This document shows, piece by piece, positions 1 through 12,656 of a stretch of DNA of 64,000 nt (within the stretch, counting starts at the first letter, position 1; each line of letters begins with the position of its first letter). This DNA comes from Octopus vulgaris (Eukaryota). The translations under genes and the position numbers were made by a program. The notes under the pieces were generated by a model. The model saw nothing but the letters and a program-made list of their open reading frames with translations, searched no databases and was not told the origin of the DNA. The stretch lies in NCBI GenBank assembly GCA_951406725.2, contig OX597830.1, positions 57,784,001 to 57,848,000 of the forward strand, written 5' to 3'.

Positions 1-157
1 GTAACATTAAAGTTAACTTATAAATGTTTTTGAATTTATGTTTCAACTTTTAGTTTAGACAAGTGTTTTTACCGAATATTACTGAAAGGAAAATGAAATA
101 CTTGCAGAGCAATGAAGGGAAACCATAAAGATCTGATTCATTAATTTATTCAATTAA

Positions 158-367
158 CCCTTTCGTTACCAACCTGGCTGAAACCGGCTCTGGCTCTGAG
201 TATAAATGTCTTGTTTTCACAAGTTTTAAATTAAAATCTTCCACCAAACCTAAGTCACAATTTATGTTCCTAACTTAATAAGTTATTTTACCAAATTCTT
301 TGTTATATTTAAAATAATTGAAAGAAACCCAGAAGAGCATCTCAACAGAAATACGGTAACAAAAGGG
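158..367. mobile_element. piggyBac-like MITE
   Basis: TTAA|CCCTTTCGTTACC at the left end and GGTAACAAAAGGG|TGAA at the right: 13-bp TIR with 1 mismatch, CCC/GGG termini, TTAA-like TSD. Confidence 0.75.
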
Positions 368-939
368 TGAATGTTGTTTGTATTTTAGACTATGGCAGAG
401 TCGACAGTGTGGTCTGTGTTAGCTATTGATTACATAGGCACTGGAAACAATTAGTGAAAATTATACAAAATACCAAGTCATACTAACGAATTTATGAATT
501 ATTTTTTTCACTTTAGAGTAAATTGAAGTTAACCTCTAACATCTTGTTTAGAGTTACAGTTATGTGTTTGACAATTTAGAATTGGACACAGGTTGTTTGG
601 TGTGTCGCTGGTCTCAGTTCAACTCGATAAGGATCGGTGAGGGACAGAGTTGTACTTTGTTAAAAGAAATAAAATTAACTTTGTTAACATTTTGTAATTT
701 CTCATTGAGTTAGGATTGGCATAAAACTTAGACCAGTGTTCTATCACCATTTCAAAATGGTTACAATAAGCTGTTTTTTACTTGAAGACATCAATTTACA
801 GCAACAAATATTCTGCTTCTAAATTGGTTAATTGGTCATGTAATTATTTTGATTAATGAGCATATTCTGTTCCTTTCCATACTCTGGGGTTCACTGTTTC
901 TAAAAGGAGGGAGTTGAGAGTAAGGTTTCGCTTCTTCCT

Positions 940-1340
940 AATTCTTTGAACTCCATGTGGAGCATAGGGCACCAACACAAGACCACTGTCCATCTTGATC
1001 TTTGGCATTGGATTGCATCTATCCCCAATGTGTAGCAACCTACCTCTGTGTCAGTTTCTGTGAACCTTCTCCATGCAGTTTTTGGTTTGCTTTGTAATTT
1101 TGGAACCATTACAAGGCAAACCTTATATCCCAGCCAACTCCATTTTTCTCCTCTTGATCTGGGTTTCAATAGGTTACTGATTCACCTGCTTCCCACAAAG
1201 CTTTGTGAATCTGTCTTGCCATCTTATCTGAAGAATGTTCCAGAGACATCTATTCACAAGCGTTTGGAGCTTGTCAATAGAGAACTTTGTGTCCTGCCAT
1301 GTCTCACTCTTATACAGCAGAACTATCTTCCTGGGACTAC
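940..1340 (-). mobile_element. RTE-clade LINE 3' fragment (decayed RT C-terminus)
   Basis: Manual minus-strand translation gives KIVLLYKSETWQDTKFSIDKLQTLVNRCLWNILQIRWQD, then KWSWLG and KPKTAWRR across frameshifts; these are typical RTE ORF C-terminal motifs. Confidence 0.8.
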
Positions 1341-1668
1341 TTTCAAACTCTTGTCTGCTGCCTTACTTTGTACCACTGCATTAGTGGGAATAACCTGTTG
1401 CCTGATTGAAACCCCTCAACTTGGTCCTTGTCTGCTTTTCACAAGAGTCCACTCTGTTGCAAGCATTGAAACCAGGTCTGCAATGAGAGGAGAGCTTCTG
1501 TTCTTCCTTCCACCAGTTTTGGAGGCCATAAAAAAAGGGTTAGGGTTGTTACTCTTCACCTTTTGTGACAAAAAGGAAATATTCCAGGAACTTCAACTTA
1601 GAGATGAAACTTGAATAATTTAAAATCAAATTGACATGCTAATGATAAATACTTTATTATTCTTGTAA

Positions 1669-1920
<252 letters not shown>

Positions 1921-2164
1921 TGAAATATTTTTGGCTTTTTCTTGCTTAAAAATTTAATATTAATTGTAATGTATGGTCTGTGAGACTGATGGATTGACAA
2001 TTACTGAAAGAATTGCTAGAGCATTGGACAAACCACCTTTGGAATTCAGTTAGTCTGAGTTTAAATTCCACTGATATCAACTTTGTCTTTCAACCTTTTT
2101 TGGTTAGTAAACTAGAGTACCAATCAAGTATAGACATCAGTTTAATATTCCTATAAACATTTCA

Positions 2165-2380
2165 GGCAGCAAGCTGGCAGAATTGTTAGCACACTGGACA
2201 AAATGCTTAGTGATATTTGCCCATCACTACATTCTGAGTTCAAATTCCGCTGAGGTCGACTTTTCCTTTCATCCTTTCAGGGTCAATAAATTAAGTACCA
2301 GTTGCATACTGGGGGGTTGATCTAATCAACTGAACCCCCTCCCCAAATTTTTGGGGCCTTGTGCCTAGAGTAGAAAAGAA
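2165..2380 (+). mobile_element. tRNA-derived SINE with Nin/Deu-like central domain (family A)
   Basis: GGCAGCAAGCTGGCAGAATTGTTAGC head, GAGTTCAAATTCC B box, CCTTTCATCCTTTC..GGTC.ATAAATTAAGTACCAG core; many copies in the window. Confidence 0.85.
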
Positions 2381-2687
2381 TATTCCTATAAAATGTCTAT
2401 GATGTGAATAGAACTATAATCAAAGATGAAGAAGGCCTTAATTTGTTCAATATTTCTCTCGTTCCTGACCAACTGAAATTTTCATAGAGTCAAAAAATAA
2501 ACTATCAAATAGCAAAGCAGCTTGCAAGTCATTAACTGGAGTTGTATTAATTAAAAGACTTTGATAGCAAAGCTTAATGAGATGGACTCTTTGATATTGG
2601 AGTAATTTCCAAATGGTGAAATAATTTGCCTCAATCTCATTTATTACTTGTAAATTCTGAATGTAATTTTGTTTTGTTATTTTGTAG

Positions 2688-2795
<108 letters not shown>

Positions 2796-3680
2796 TGACT
2801 TAATTAATGCTATTTTGATTGCATTTTCACATTATTGTAACTCTGTTGAAGTTATTGATTTCTTTTTGACTAAATACAAAGTCATATATTTTTAGAACTA
2901 AGTGTAAAGAGCTTTTCTATCACTTTTAAATAGTCCTTCTTTGAACTAGCTGGCTGTGTCCCACCCAGTGCGGTGTCTTCTCCTTTTCATCTGGTCTGCT
3001 GTCTCATTCTACAAACCCTGTACTAAACATGTTAACCAATCCTTCCTTTCCAGAACTGAAACAACCTTGATATCATTCCCTCTTCATCTTTTTTTTTCGC
3101 TATGCAGACACCAACTTGTAGAACTTAAGTGGAATGTTAGCAACATCACATTCATTATTCTAGGAGGGAGTCCCTCTCCCTCAAACTAAATTTCACCATC
3201 ATCATTGTTTCACAACCACTGACCAGTCTATGCCAACATGGGTTGGGTGTTTCACCATGCATCAAGTCAGTTCTTATCTTCGATTCATCAACAGACCATA
3301 TCTCATTTTTATTGTGTTGTGCTTTCCACAGCTGGATGCCCTTTCTAACACCAACTATTTACAGAATGTACAGGGAGAATTTTATCAGGGCACCATCACT
3401 AGAGGGGTTGTTGTGTCCCTGGCAACACTAAAAAGTCCTTTCAACCCTGCAATTGTCTCTACATGACTCACCAAGTATTTTACTGTATTTTGCTTTTTGT
3501 GTGGAACCATCATTAGTGAATAAAAGGGAGTTACTAGGAACCCACCTTTTACTTTATGGCCTTCACCACAACACTAATTGTATTGCAGACAAATTGAATG
3601 TGACGGAAGTAGCTGCCTCAGTAGAACATTAGACTAAATGCAATGTTATTATCAGTTTGAACCTGCTAAAAGCACGTTCG

Positions 3681-4211
3681 GACTGTTCTGGGAGACCTGG
3701 AACCAGCAGAACTGAGAAAAACATGGCAGATGTGCATGCAGCTGTGAGGGGAATTCATCAAATCACCATTTGTGAGTTATCAGAGGATGTGAAGATTAGT
3801 TCAGTCGATTATCAGTGAAGATTTGGGTATGAGAGGCGTGTCTGCCAAGTTTGTACCAAAACTACTTTCGGCTGATCAAAAAGACTCTTGGGTTTCAGTT
3901 GCACAAGATCTCTTTGATTGTGTTGAGAATGATGAAAACTTTGCATAGGTCCTTGAGCAGGTATCACCAAGCTTTTGGTAAAATATGATGCAGATTCTCT
4001 GCTCAACTTTCTCTGTCAGGGTCAATGCAACAATCACATGCTACACATGTTCCTTCCAAGCACTACTGTAAACAGCGGAATAGAGCTAGAATGTTGAAAC
4101 TTATGTATGCATGCATGGCAGAGTTCAACGTCAATCTGTGCCAAGCAGCTTCACCCTCTGTGCTTTAGCTTCGTTACTATAGCAACAGTCCACATACTTA
4201 TTGATCAGACC
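3681..4211 (+). mobile_element. Internally deleted mariner transposon remnant
   Basis: 3681-3942 translates to SGRPGTSRTEKN..ITICELSEDVKIS / SEDLGMRGVSAKFVPKLLSADQK..VAQDLFDCVENDENF (HTH plus WVPREL-like linker); TIR-like ATACTTATTGATCAGACC near 4194-4211. Confidence 0.8.
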
Positions 4212-4216
4212 ACATA

Positions 4217-4432
4217 ACTGGTAGAAACATTAGCACGCTGGGCGAAATGCTTATTGGTATTTCGTCTGTCTCTACGTTCTGAGTTCAAATTCCGTCGAGG
4301 TCGACTTTGCCTTTCATCCTTTCGGGGTCGATAAATTAAGTACCAGATACGCACTGGGGTCGATGTAATCGACTTAATCCCTTTGTCTGTCCTTGTTTGT
4401 CCCCTCTATGTTTAGCCCCTTGTGGGCAATAA
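4217..4432 (+). mobile_element. Family A SINE
   Basis: Well-preserved copy: GAGTTCAAATTCCGTCGAGGTCGACTTTGCCTTTCATCCTTTCGGGGTCGATAAATTAAGTACCAG. Confidence 0.85.
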
Positions 4433-4534
4433 AAAAAAAGAAAAAATATCTGTCCTCTCTGTACCTTAAATCTCTCAACTGGCACAAAGCCACACCCCAT
4501 CAATAGTCTCTCTTCTCCCAGTTGAGGGGTTTTT

Positions 4535-4790
4535 GATCTTGTAAGGTACTTGGTGATCCTGTCAATGCTGGTGCCACGTGTAGAGCATTGCTGCTTGTAC
4601 CACGCACTGGTATTGATGTCATGTAAAAAGTACCCAGTTCATGCTGTAAAGTGGTTGGTGTTCAGAAAAGCATCCAATGATAGAAACCCAACCAAAACAG
4701 ATTGTGATGTGGCTCCTGCCCTTGCTGTCTCCTCTTGAACTGTTCAGTCCATGCCAGCATGGAAAACGGATGTTAAATGATGATGATGAT
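4535..4790 (+). mobile_element. RTE-tailed non-autonomous retroposon (family C)
   Basis: CCATGCCAGCATGGAAAACGGATGTTAAATGATGATGATG 3' end, shared with many copies. Confidence 0.75.
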
Positions 4791-5124
4791 TAAAGAATGA
4801 TTTTCAGTAATTTTAGAACACTGGAAATGTTTACTTGATGAAAGTTAAATAATTTTGATGAATATTCTCACAGTTGGAAAAAGGTTTTTTTGTGTTTTCA
4901 TGGTTTCCATGCCTACAGCTTATAAAAATAATTCGATTTTCTTCAAATATTAAAATCTCAGTAGAAAGATTTTTACAGTGTTCAGAATCTTTCCAGAGGA
5001 GACTTTACTTTCTTTTTTCCATTGTGTATGAAGTATATACCAGTAATATACTGGTAACCATTACTACAAAAAAATTATCAAATTTGAGTTGTTAAAAACT
5101 TAATTTCAAACATATTACTTTCAA

Positions 5125-5325
5125 ATTCTGGCACAAGGCCAGCAAGTTTTGGGGGAGGGGATTTGTCGATTACATCAACCCCAGCGCATAACTGGTACTT
5201 ATTTTATTGACCCTGAAAGGATGAAGCACAAAGTCGATCTTAGTGGAGTCTGATCCCAGAACATGAATACAAATGAAATACTGCTAAGCATTTTGCCCAG
5301 CATGCTAACGAGCCTGCCATCTCTC
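5125..5325 (-). mobile_element. Family A SINE
   Basis: Reverse complement of the family A core (ACTGGTACTTATTTTATTGACCCTGAAAGGATGAA). Confidence 0.8.
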
Positions 5326-5407
5326 CACCTTAATTTCATTTCCAACATATTAGACCTGTTTATATATTCATTGAAGTGACTCACCTTAATTCCATTCTGT
5401 GTTACAG

Positions 5408-5542
5408 CTCCTACCAGACTTGAACTATCATGATGACATGTCAGTGTTATGCGTATACAACGGTCCCGCTATGTTACATCATAATGAATGGTATCTTCAT
5501 CGATTTCTGCGTCGCCGAAAACGTTTACTTGATGAAAGTTAA
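5408..5542 (+). CDS. SMC5: SMC5 terminal coding exon
   Basis: gttacag|LLPDLNYHDDMSVLCVYNGPAMLHHNEWYLHRFLRRRKRLLDES*; completes the conserved TPK-LLPxL..V..NGP motif; TAA at 5540-5542. Confidence 0.94.
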   Translation, partial: LLPDLNYHDDMSVLCVYNGPAMLHHNEWYLHRFLRRRKRLLDES

Positions 5543-5571
5543 ATAATTTTAAATAATATTTTCACAGTTAT

Positions 5572-5577
5572 AATAAA
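5572..5577 (+). terminator. Candidate polyadenylation signal of SMC5
   Basis: AATAAA 30 nt after the stop, followed by T/GT-rich sequence; the AT-rich background makes this weak. Confidence 0.3.
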
Positions 5578-7704
5578 TTTTTTAACTTTTATATTTTCGA
5601 ATGTTTCTTGTCTTCATTATTTTGATGCCTGAAGGTCTAATTCAATATTCTTCAAATATTTAATGTCTTTGTAAAAATGCAGAACTGCAAATGTCGCCAA
5701 ATCTTTCAAACGGTTTTGTCGGTCAGTTCTTATCTTTGTTTGCAGGACATTAAAAGCAGAAAATGGTGTCGGATTAAATTCTTTGTAGTTTTTTGTTCTG
5801 GCTTTTTATGCTCTCACTTCAGAGGTTAACTTTGTCTCTCATCCTTTGAAGCATCACTTAAATGAAATCCTAGTCCAGGGCAGTGGATTGATGGAATTCT
5901 TAGAGTGTCTGACAGAATAGTTTGTGGTGTCTGTTCTGATACTCTGTTTGCTGAATTGGAAACTCTGCCTTGACCCTCATTAGACACCAAACTGAAAAGC
6001 ATTTACTTCCTTATTGAGTAAGAATTATCTAAAGGCACCAAGTGCTCAATAGATGAGGATGATGATGATGATGGCGGCAGCATAAGGGCTTAATCTTCCA
6101 CTGAACAGAAGGTCAGTCTACAACAGGTAACTCCAAGATTATCTGGTATTGTTTCCAACATTTTGCTTATAGACATCAACTCTGATTGAGCAGATTTATG
6201 ATCAAAGACATTCCAGCCAAGACCATTCTGTCCTTTGTTCAGAAATAGTGTATCTCGGGCTACATTATCCTCTGTGTAGGTTGTGGAATGATGCGTTTTG
6301 GCATCAAAGGATTCTCTCTGCAAGTGAATAGATTGTTTGATGCTTGTGTATGATGTAGCAAGGAATTGAAATGGAGGAGGAAGAGAGTTTGATAAACAGG
6401 AGGTTGACCTGCACAAACGAGATGATGACGGGTTGCCAGAAGCGGCAGCTGGAGAAAACCCTCCAACTGAACCAAATATGGAAAAGTAAACTTTCCAACT
6501 GGGGTGGCTGGTTCCTATCCCTCCTCTGTCCTACTTCAACCTCTCATCCTCTGACATAAGGCAAACCCCCTCAATACTACCTCAGCATCAGTTGAGGAGC
6601 CTTGTCCTGCAAGTTACTTGGTAACCTCACCCACGCTGGTGCCATACCTGAAAAGTGGTTGGCATTAGGAAGGGCATCCAGCCATAGAAACCATGCCAAA
6701 GCAGACATTGCTTTATCGCTGGATCCTCACAAACCATCCATCTGATGCCAGCTTGGAACAAAAATGGTAAACAATGACGATGATGAGTTTGCCCAATGTC
6801 AGCCTTGGCTTATAACCAAAGGCATTCCAGTTGTGACCATCATGTCCTTTATTCAGGCATAGTGTACAGTCCAAGTGTATGTTATAGAATAATTCACTTT
6901 GATTTAATCTGTATTGGTTTCAAAATAAGGAATTTCGATTCCTGATTTGGTGAAAATATTTTGGCTTGTATTAATTTGTAATTTTCAATCTGGAAGATGG
7001 AGAAAAGAAGAAAGAAAATGATTTTTGTGTAAAGAAACGAGTTATTCTCAGAGCAGAGATTCGATTGGAATACTTGCAATGGAGTTAATAGGGCAAACGA
7101 TGCTGTTAAAACAGATGTGAAATTGTCCCTTTCACACGTTACCACTCAGTTTTGATCAACCAGGGCCTACAGTAGAACACCCTTTTCATAGGTGTCGAGC
7201 TGTAGAATCGAACTCAAATTGTCTCTCAGAGGAGTGCATATCAGAAATTGAGATAAATATTTTGTGCAAATAAACGATACACTAAATCCATTCCCAGATT
7301 GGATAACATGTGGTAACATGTTTCTTGTAATTAGAGCAGTTATACGTTCGAAAAAAAAAAATCTAAGAGTACTTTAGTGAAAACAAAATTCTCTCATGGA
7401 AGCCTTTTTTTTTTTAAATATTAAATAATTCATTTTTTTTCTGACATTTTAAAATTCACATTTTCAAACCAGAATAAAAGATGGAAGTAGCTGTTGTTGT
7501 CGTTTCTAAACTGCAGTTTAGCTTTCATTGCAATTCTACGATTAAAAGCATTCAACTGCGAAAGACTTTTATATTTTCAATCTTTCAAATATTGTGTCAA
7601 GGATTATTTGTCCTTCCTTATTTTTAAGATGCAGGTTGTAATCTGGAGAAAATTTCGTTGGAGCTGGCAGAAACGTTAGCACGCCGAGCGTTTCTGACAC
7701 ATAG

Positions 7705-7845
7705 TGTGACAAGATTTGGTGCCTGTGGGAAATTCTGTTTGAGGGTGTCTTTACAATCGAATCTGTTGTAGAATTAGAGAAGAAATTGCTGTTGTGCAAA
7801 CATAGAATGGAGAGGCTTCAATGCAAACTTAGGAAACATAAAGCA
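7705..7845 (+). mobile_element. Short RTE RT fragment
   Basis: ..IESVVELEKKLLLCKHRME.. and NLGNIK resemble the segment following YADD in RTE RTs. Confidence 0.5.
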
Positions 7846-8366
7846 TTGATATGAAAACAGAGAGGATCCAACATTATCATCATCATCATCATTTAATGTC
7901 AGTTTCCCATGCTGCTATGGGTGGAATGGTTTTTACAAGGAGCTGGCAAGGCCAGGAGCCGCACTAGGTTCCAGAGTCTGCTTTGGGGATGCCAGCCATT
8001 TTACAGAGTATACTTGATGGTTTTTATGTGGCACAACCATGGGCCATTTTTTTACATGGCACCATGGAAATATCTGTTCTGGATATGGAAACTAGAAGGA
8101 GGCAGAAATTCCATTCAATGTAATCAGGTCAGCTTATGGATGTACATAAGCCACACAAGAATCACAGAGAGGTGAATGGAAAAGAAAGATTTTCTACTTG
8201 AGAAATGGATGAAGCACAAACTCATGTGGGATTGAGTGATGGATCATAGAGTGCTCTGAGTTCAAATCTCATAAGGTTTAAATTTTCCAAACAAATTTGA
8301 AGGCCTGTTTAATTAACTGTGTTCTAACCCCTATAACTTGTAGGTTTTTGACAATGTTATTGAGTA

Positions 8367-8367
<1 letters not shown>

Positions 8368-8419
<52 letters not shown>
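8368..8419. repeat. (TG)n microsatellite
   Basis: Direct observation. Confidence 0.95.
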
Positions 8420-8420
<1 letters not shown>

Positions 8421-9446
8421 CATCTTATATTCTGATTGATGAAGAGTCTAAGTGATTCTGAGTATCTTATATGTATGTATCTATGTGTGTGTATGCATGT
8501 ATGTGGTGCATGGAAACAGGTGAGGGTTGGCAACAAGTAGGATGTCTGGCTGTAGAAACTCTGCCTCAGTGAATTCTGTCCGCCCCATGCAAGCATAGAA
8601 AAATGGGCATTAAATGATGTTGATTATGATGATATAAACATACATACATCTGCTGTCATCTCATGAGAGCCACAGAGTAGGGTGTGTGTGAGTGTGTGTG
8701 TGTGTGTGTGCTCTAATTGGTTAAAAGATTATGAAGAAATGTCACTGAAACCTTCATCAGATCATTTCTAGAATTGCCTTAAAAGGAAAGCAGCATTGGA
8801 TAATGGAGTCTTAGATACATTATGTCTTCAAATGTAATTGGAGAGGAGCCATGGTTTGGATTTCTTTGACTGGAGCTAACATTAGGCCATACCCCCCCCC
8901 CTACTAACAACAACAACAACCAAAACAACAATATATACAAGGAAGGAGCCTCTATTTAATCACCCAGAAATAGTAGCCAGTTTCTCTCAAAACACACCTT
9001 ACTATCTTATAAAAGGAAGGATGTTTTGAATAATTTAGTTCCAGATATGAAAAGGGTTGGGTGGTCACAATGGGAATGCTTTTTAATTATAGAGATGCAT
9101 TGAGGACAGACCTCAAGCTATGCAACAACAACAACAATAACTGTATATGCACACACACACACACACTGTTGTGTCTGATGACTAATAAAACAATATAGAA
9201 ATAAGTTTTAGTTTCAGGTGAAAGCAAACACCTGACCTCTTTCCTTTGCTTGTCATTTAATCTCAGCGATTCTGCTCTGCTTTCTTACAAACTCATCAAA
9301 TCCTTTCTTAAACACACTTTCAGCTGACATTTCTCCATAACTTGTTGTCCTGGAAATGCAGAATAACCCAACGAGACTAAGTAGTAATTAAATTGCTCGT
9401 TAGCAAAATTAGATTATTTGGTTTGTAATGAGGCACCAATTATTAA

Positions 9447-9492
<46 letters not shown>

Positions 9493-9503
9493 TATATAGT
9501 ATA

Positions 9504-9905
9504 TCATCATCATCATCATCGTTTAATGTCCGTTTTCCATGCTGGCATGGGTTGGATGGTTCGACTAGGGTCTGAGAAGCCAGGAGGTTGCACCAGGCTC
9601 CAATCAGAACTGGCAATGTTTCTACATCTGGATACCTTTCCTAACACCAACCACTCCTTGATTGTAGTGGGTGCTTTTTATGTGCCACCGGCACAGGGGC
9701 CAGAGGAGGCTGGCAATGGCCACGATTGGTTGGTGCTTTTTATGTGCCACTAGCACAAAAGCCAGTCAAGGTGGCGCTAGCATCGGCCGTGTTCAGATGG
9801 TGCTTTTTACATGCCACCGGCACGGCTATCACAACTACAATTTCCATTTGATTTCATTTTGATGTTGATGTACTTGACTCAATAGGTCTCCTCAAGCACA
9901 GCAGG
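9504..9905 (-). mobile_element. Family C retroposon with internal ~50-bp tandem units
   Basis: (CAT)n tail, then CGTTTAATGTCCGTTTTCCATGCTGGCATGGGTTGG; repeated GGTGCTTTTTATGTGCCAC units. Confidence 0.8.
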
Positions 9906-10455
9906 TCACCCTACAATACCAGGTACTTTTGAATAGGCTGAGGCTGGTTATGCAAAACCAATGTAGGATACAACTGTGAACTCATTTTATTTGCTGGGTC
10001 TTCGCAGTCACAACATATCACAGTCACACATATATATATATGTATATATATGTATATATATATATGTATATATATGTATATATATGTATATATATATATG
10101 TATATATATGTATATATATGTATATATATATCTATATATATATATCTCCTCCCTCCATCTATCCACAAATACTACCAATACATTCTCAAATGTTTCCTTC
10201 ACCCCACAAAACCCTTTCACACAAGCAACACTGATTCCATGGCTCCATACTTTGCAATGACCAAATATGAACTGCTATTGGAACTTACCATGTACAGGAA
10301 TCTTTCTTACCACTTCTATAAACCATTTCCCTTGAATAATGGAACTGCAACTACAATATCTTTATCTTATTTCTACTTTCATTCTCCTATTTCCCTCTAT
10401 ATTCCCCATCTCCTCCTTTTCCATTATAATTCGAACTCAAATATTTTCTCACACT

Positions 10456-10503
10456 GTCTCTGATGAAGGGAAATCCATAATATCCCAGAAACAGCTGTAA
10501 GAC
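10456..10503 (+). ncRNA. Minimal type I hammerhead ribozyme motif (Penelope-like)
   Basis: GUCU-CUGAUGA-A-GGGA..UCCC-A-GAAA-CAGCUG-UA-AGAC: stem I GUCU/AGAC, palindromic stem III, GUA cleavage triplet. Confidence 0.7.
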
Positions 10504-10544
10504 TATTTCATTATAAATCAGATTGGCTTTGTTATCTCATCCTG

Positions 10545-10609
<65 letters not shown>

Positions 10610-10612
<3 letters not shown>

Positions 10613-10972
10613 GCACTCCATTGGTTATGATGATGAGTGTTATGACGATCAACAGAACAGCCTGCTCATGAAATTAACATGCAAGTGGCTGAGCACTTCA
10701 CAGACACGTGTATCCTCAATGTAGTTCTTGGGGAGATACAGTGTGACAAGGCTGTCCCTTTGAAATACAGGTACAACAGAAACAGGAAGAAAGAGTGAGA
10801 GAAAGTTGTGGTGAAAGAGTACAGCAGGGTTCACCACCACCCCCTGCCAGAGCCTCGTGAATCTTTAGATGTTTTTGCTCAATAAACACTCACAACGCCC
10901 GGTCTGGGAATCGAAACTGTGATATTATGACTGCGAATCTGCTCCCCTAACCACTGGGCCATTGCGCCTCCA
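10610..10972 (-). mobile_element. tRNA-headed SINE (family D)
   Basis: Minus strand begins GGAGGCGCAATGGCCCAGTGGTTAGGG..GTTTCGATTCCCAGACCGGG (A and B boxes). Confidence 0.75.
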
Positions 10973-10989
10973 CGTGTATGCAAATATAT

Positions 10990-11219
10990 AAATAGTTCAA
11001 ATTTACAGAAAGCAAAAGACATAAACAGGTGTAGGAACAACAAGCAGGTGTGTTAGTTTAACGCTTGGGAAAAATGGAAAAGTCTTTATGTTTCAAGTCT
11101 ATGCTCTTCAACAGGAAGGAATAAGAGGGAAAAAATGAAGAAAGAATGAATAGAATGAAGAGAGAAAAAAAGTGCAGAGTTCAACAGTCCAACATGGTGA
11201 GATGACAGGAAAAAGAGGT

Positions 11220-11220
<1 letters not shown>
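10990..11220 (-). mobile_element. Dispersed repeat with hammerhead-like variant (second copy 37420-37595)
   Basis: Shares CAGGTGTA.GAACAACAA.CAGGTGT.TTAGTTT..AAAGTCTTT with 37450-37540; minus strand reads CUGUUGA..GAAAC(G/A)UA. Confidence 0.55.
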
Positions 11221-11221
<1 letters not shown>

Positions 11222-11252
<31 letters not shown>

Positions 11253-11670
11253 CATTGTGTACAGTGCTCAGGTGCACTACAACTCATCTAAAGTGTATGT
11301 ATAGTCCATAGGGTAATGTACAAGCATCAGGAAAAGAACAGTGCATGGGTCATGACATACATATATATGTATGAGTATGGAAAGGGGACAATCAGGTGTA
11401 GTTTCGGCGGATTTCGGAAAGCATGAGGGCCTTAAAGGATGCAGTGTCATGGCAGTCAACAACTGACGCAGGCTGTTTGTTCCATGCTTCAGCAACTCTG
11501 AGTGTGAAAAAATGTTTCAGAAAGTCATGGGAGCTCTGCTGTTTTCTGACTTTGTAGGCATGTCCACGTGTGTTGGACACAGGGAGATCAAAAAGGTGTT
11601 CAGTGTTGTTGTTGGTGAGGTGGTTGATAACTTTGTGGGTGTTTACCAAGTCCATCGCCAGACGCCGGAG
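11222..11670 (-). mobile_element. CR1/L2-group LINE 3' end
   Basis: ORF end DLVNTHKVIN..NTRGHAYKVRK..FFTLRVAEAWNKQPASVV..SFK, then 3' UTR and (ATT)n tail. Confidence 0.88.
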
Positions 11671-11699
11671 CTTCAGTGAATAGAAAGATAATTATAATG

Positions 11700-12163
11700 A
11701 TTTCAAATTTTTGCCACAAGGGCAGCTTGAAGGAGGGGATAAAGTTGATTATAATGATCCCAGTGCATAACTGGTACTTATTTAATCGAGCCAAAAGGCA
11801 AAGTCGACCTTGGTGGAATTTGAATTCTGAATGTAGTGGCAGACAAAATACTGAGGGGGCATTTCACCTGGCATGCTAATGATTCTGCCAGTTCACTGCC
11901 TTAATAATAATAATAATAATAATAATGACAATAATAATAATAATAGTAATTCTTTCAACTATAAGCATAAGGCCTGTAATTTGAGGGGAGGGGACTAATT
12001 GATTACATCGACCCCAGTGTTTCACTGATACTTAATTTATCAACCCCAAAAGGATGAAAAGCAAAGTTGACCTCAGTAGAATTTGAATTCAGAACGTAGC
12101 AATAGGTGAAAAACTGCTAAGTGTTTAGCTTGGTGTGCTACCAATTCTGCCAGTTCACTGCCT
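11700..12163 (-). mobile_element. Two tandem family A SINEs separated by (AAT)n
   Basis: Two reverse-complement copies at about 11700-11903 and 11955-12163. Confidence 0.8.
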
Positions 12164-12200
12164 TAATAATAATAATAATAATAACAACAACAGTATATTT

Positions 12201-12419
12201 GGGGCGCAGGAATGGGTGTGTGGTAAGTAGCTTGCTTACTAACCACATGGTTTCAGGATCAGTCTGACAGTGTGGCACCTTGGGCAAATGTCTTCTACTA
12301 CAGCCTTGTGAGTGGATTTGGTAGACAGAAACTGAAAGAAGCCCATAGTATATATATATATATATATATTTATTTATACACACACACACACACACACACA
12401 CATATTTGTCTGTATGTGT

Positions 12420-12455
<36 letters not shown>

Positions 12456-12656
12456 TTGTATGTCTGTGTTTGTCTCCCTACCTTCGCTTGACAACCAATG
12501 TTGGTGTGTTTACATCCCTATAACTTAGCGGTTCAGCAAAAGAGACCAATAGAATAAGTACTAGGTTTACAAAGAATAAATCCAGGGGTCAGTTTGTTTG
12601 ACTAAAGGTAGTGCTCCAGCATGGCCGCAGTCAAATGACTGAAACAAATAAAAGAA
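12201..12656 (+). mobile_element. tRNA/CORE-like SINE with internal microsatellite and conserved tail (family B)
   Basis: Head GGGGCGCAGGAATGGGTGTGTGGTAAG..TGGCACCTTGGGCAA, internal (TA)/(CA)/(TG) runs, tail GCTCCAGCATGGCCGCAGTCAAATGACTGAAACAA. Confidence 0.8.

Noticed and set aside
1000-1045. CYTLG..QC as a gag zinc knuckle
   Set aside because: Lacks CX2CX4HX4C spacing; lies within the RTE C-terminal region
1048-1614. 188-aa plus-strand ORF
   Set aside because: Antisense shadow of a decayed RTE fragment inside an SMC5 intron; no recognisable protein motif
9911-10260. Tyr/Ile-rich ORFs (also 37171-37855)
   Set aside because: Artefacts of (TA)n/(TG)n microsatellites
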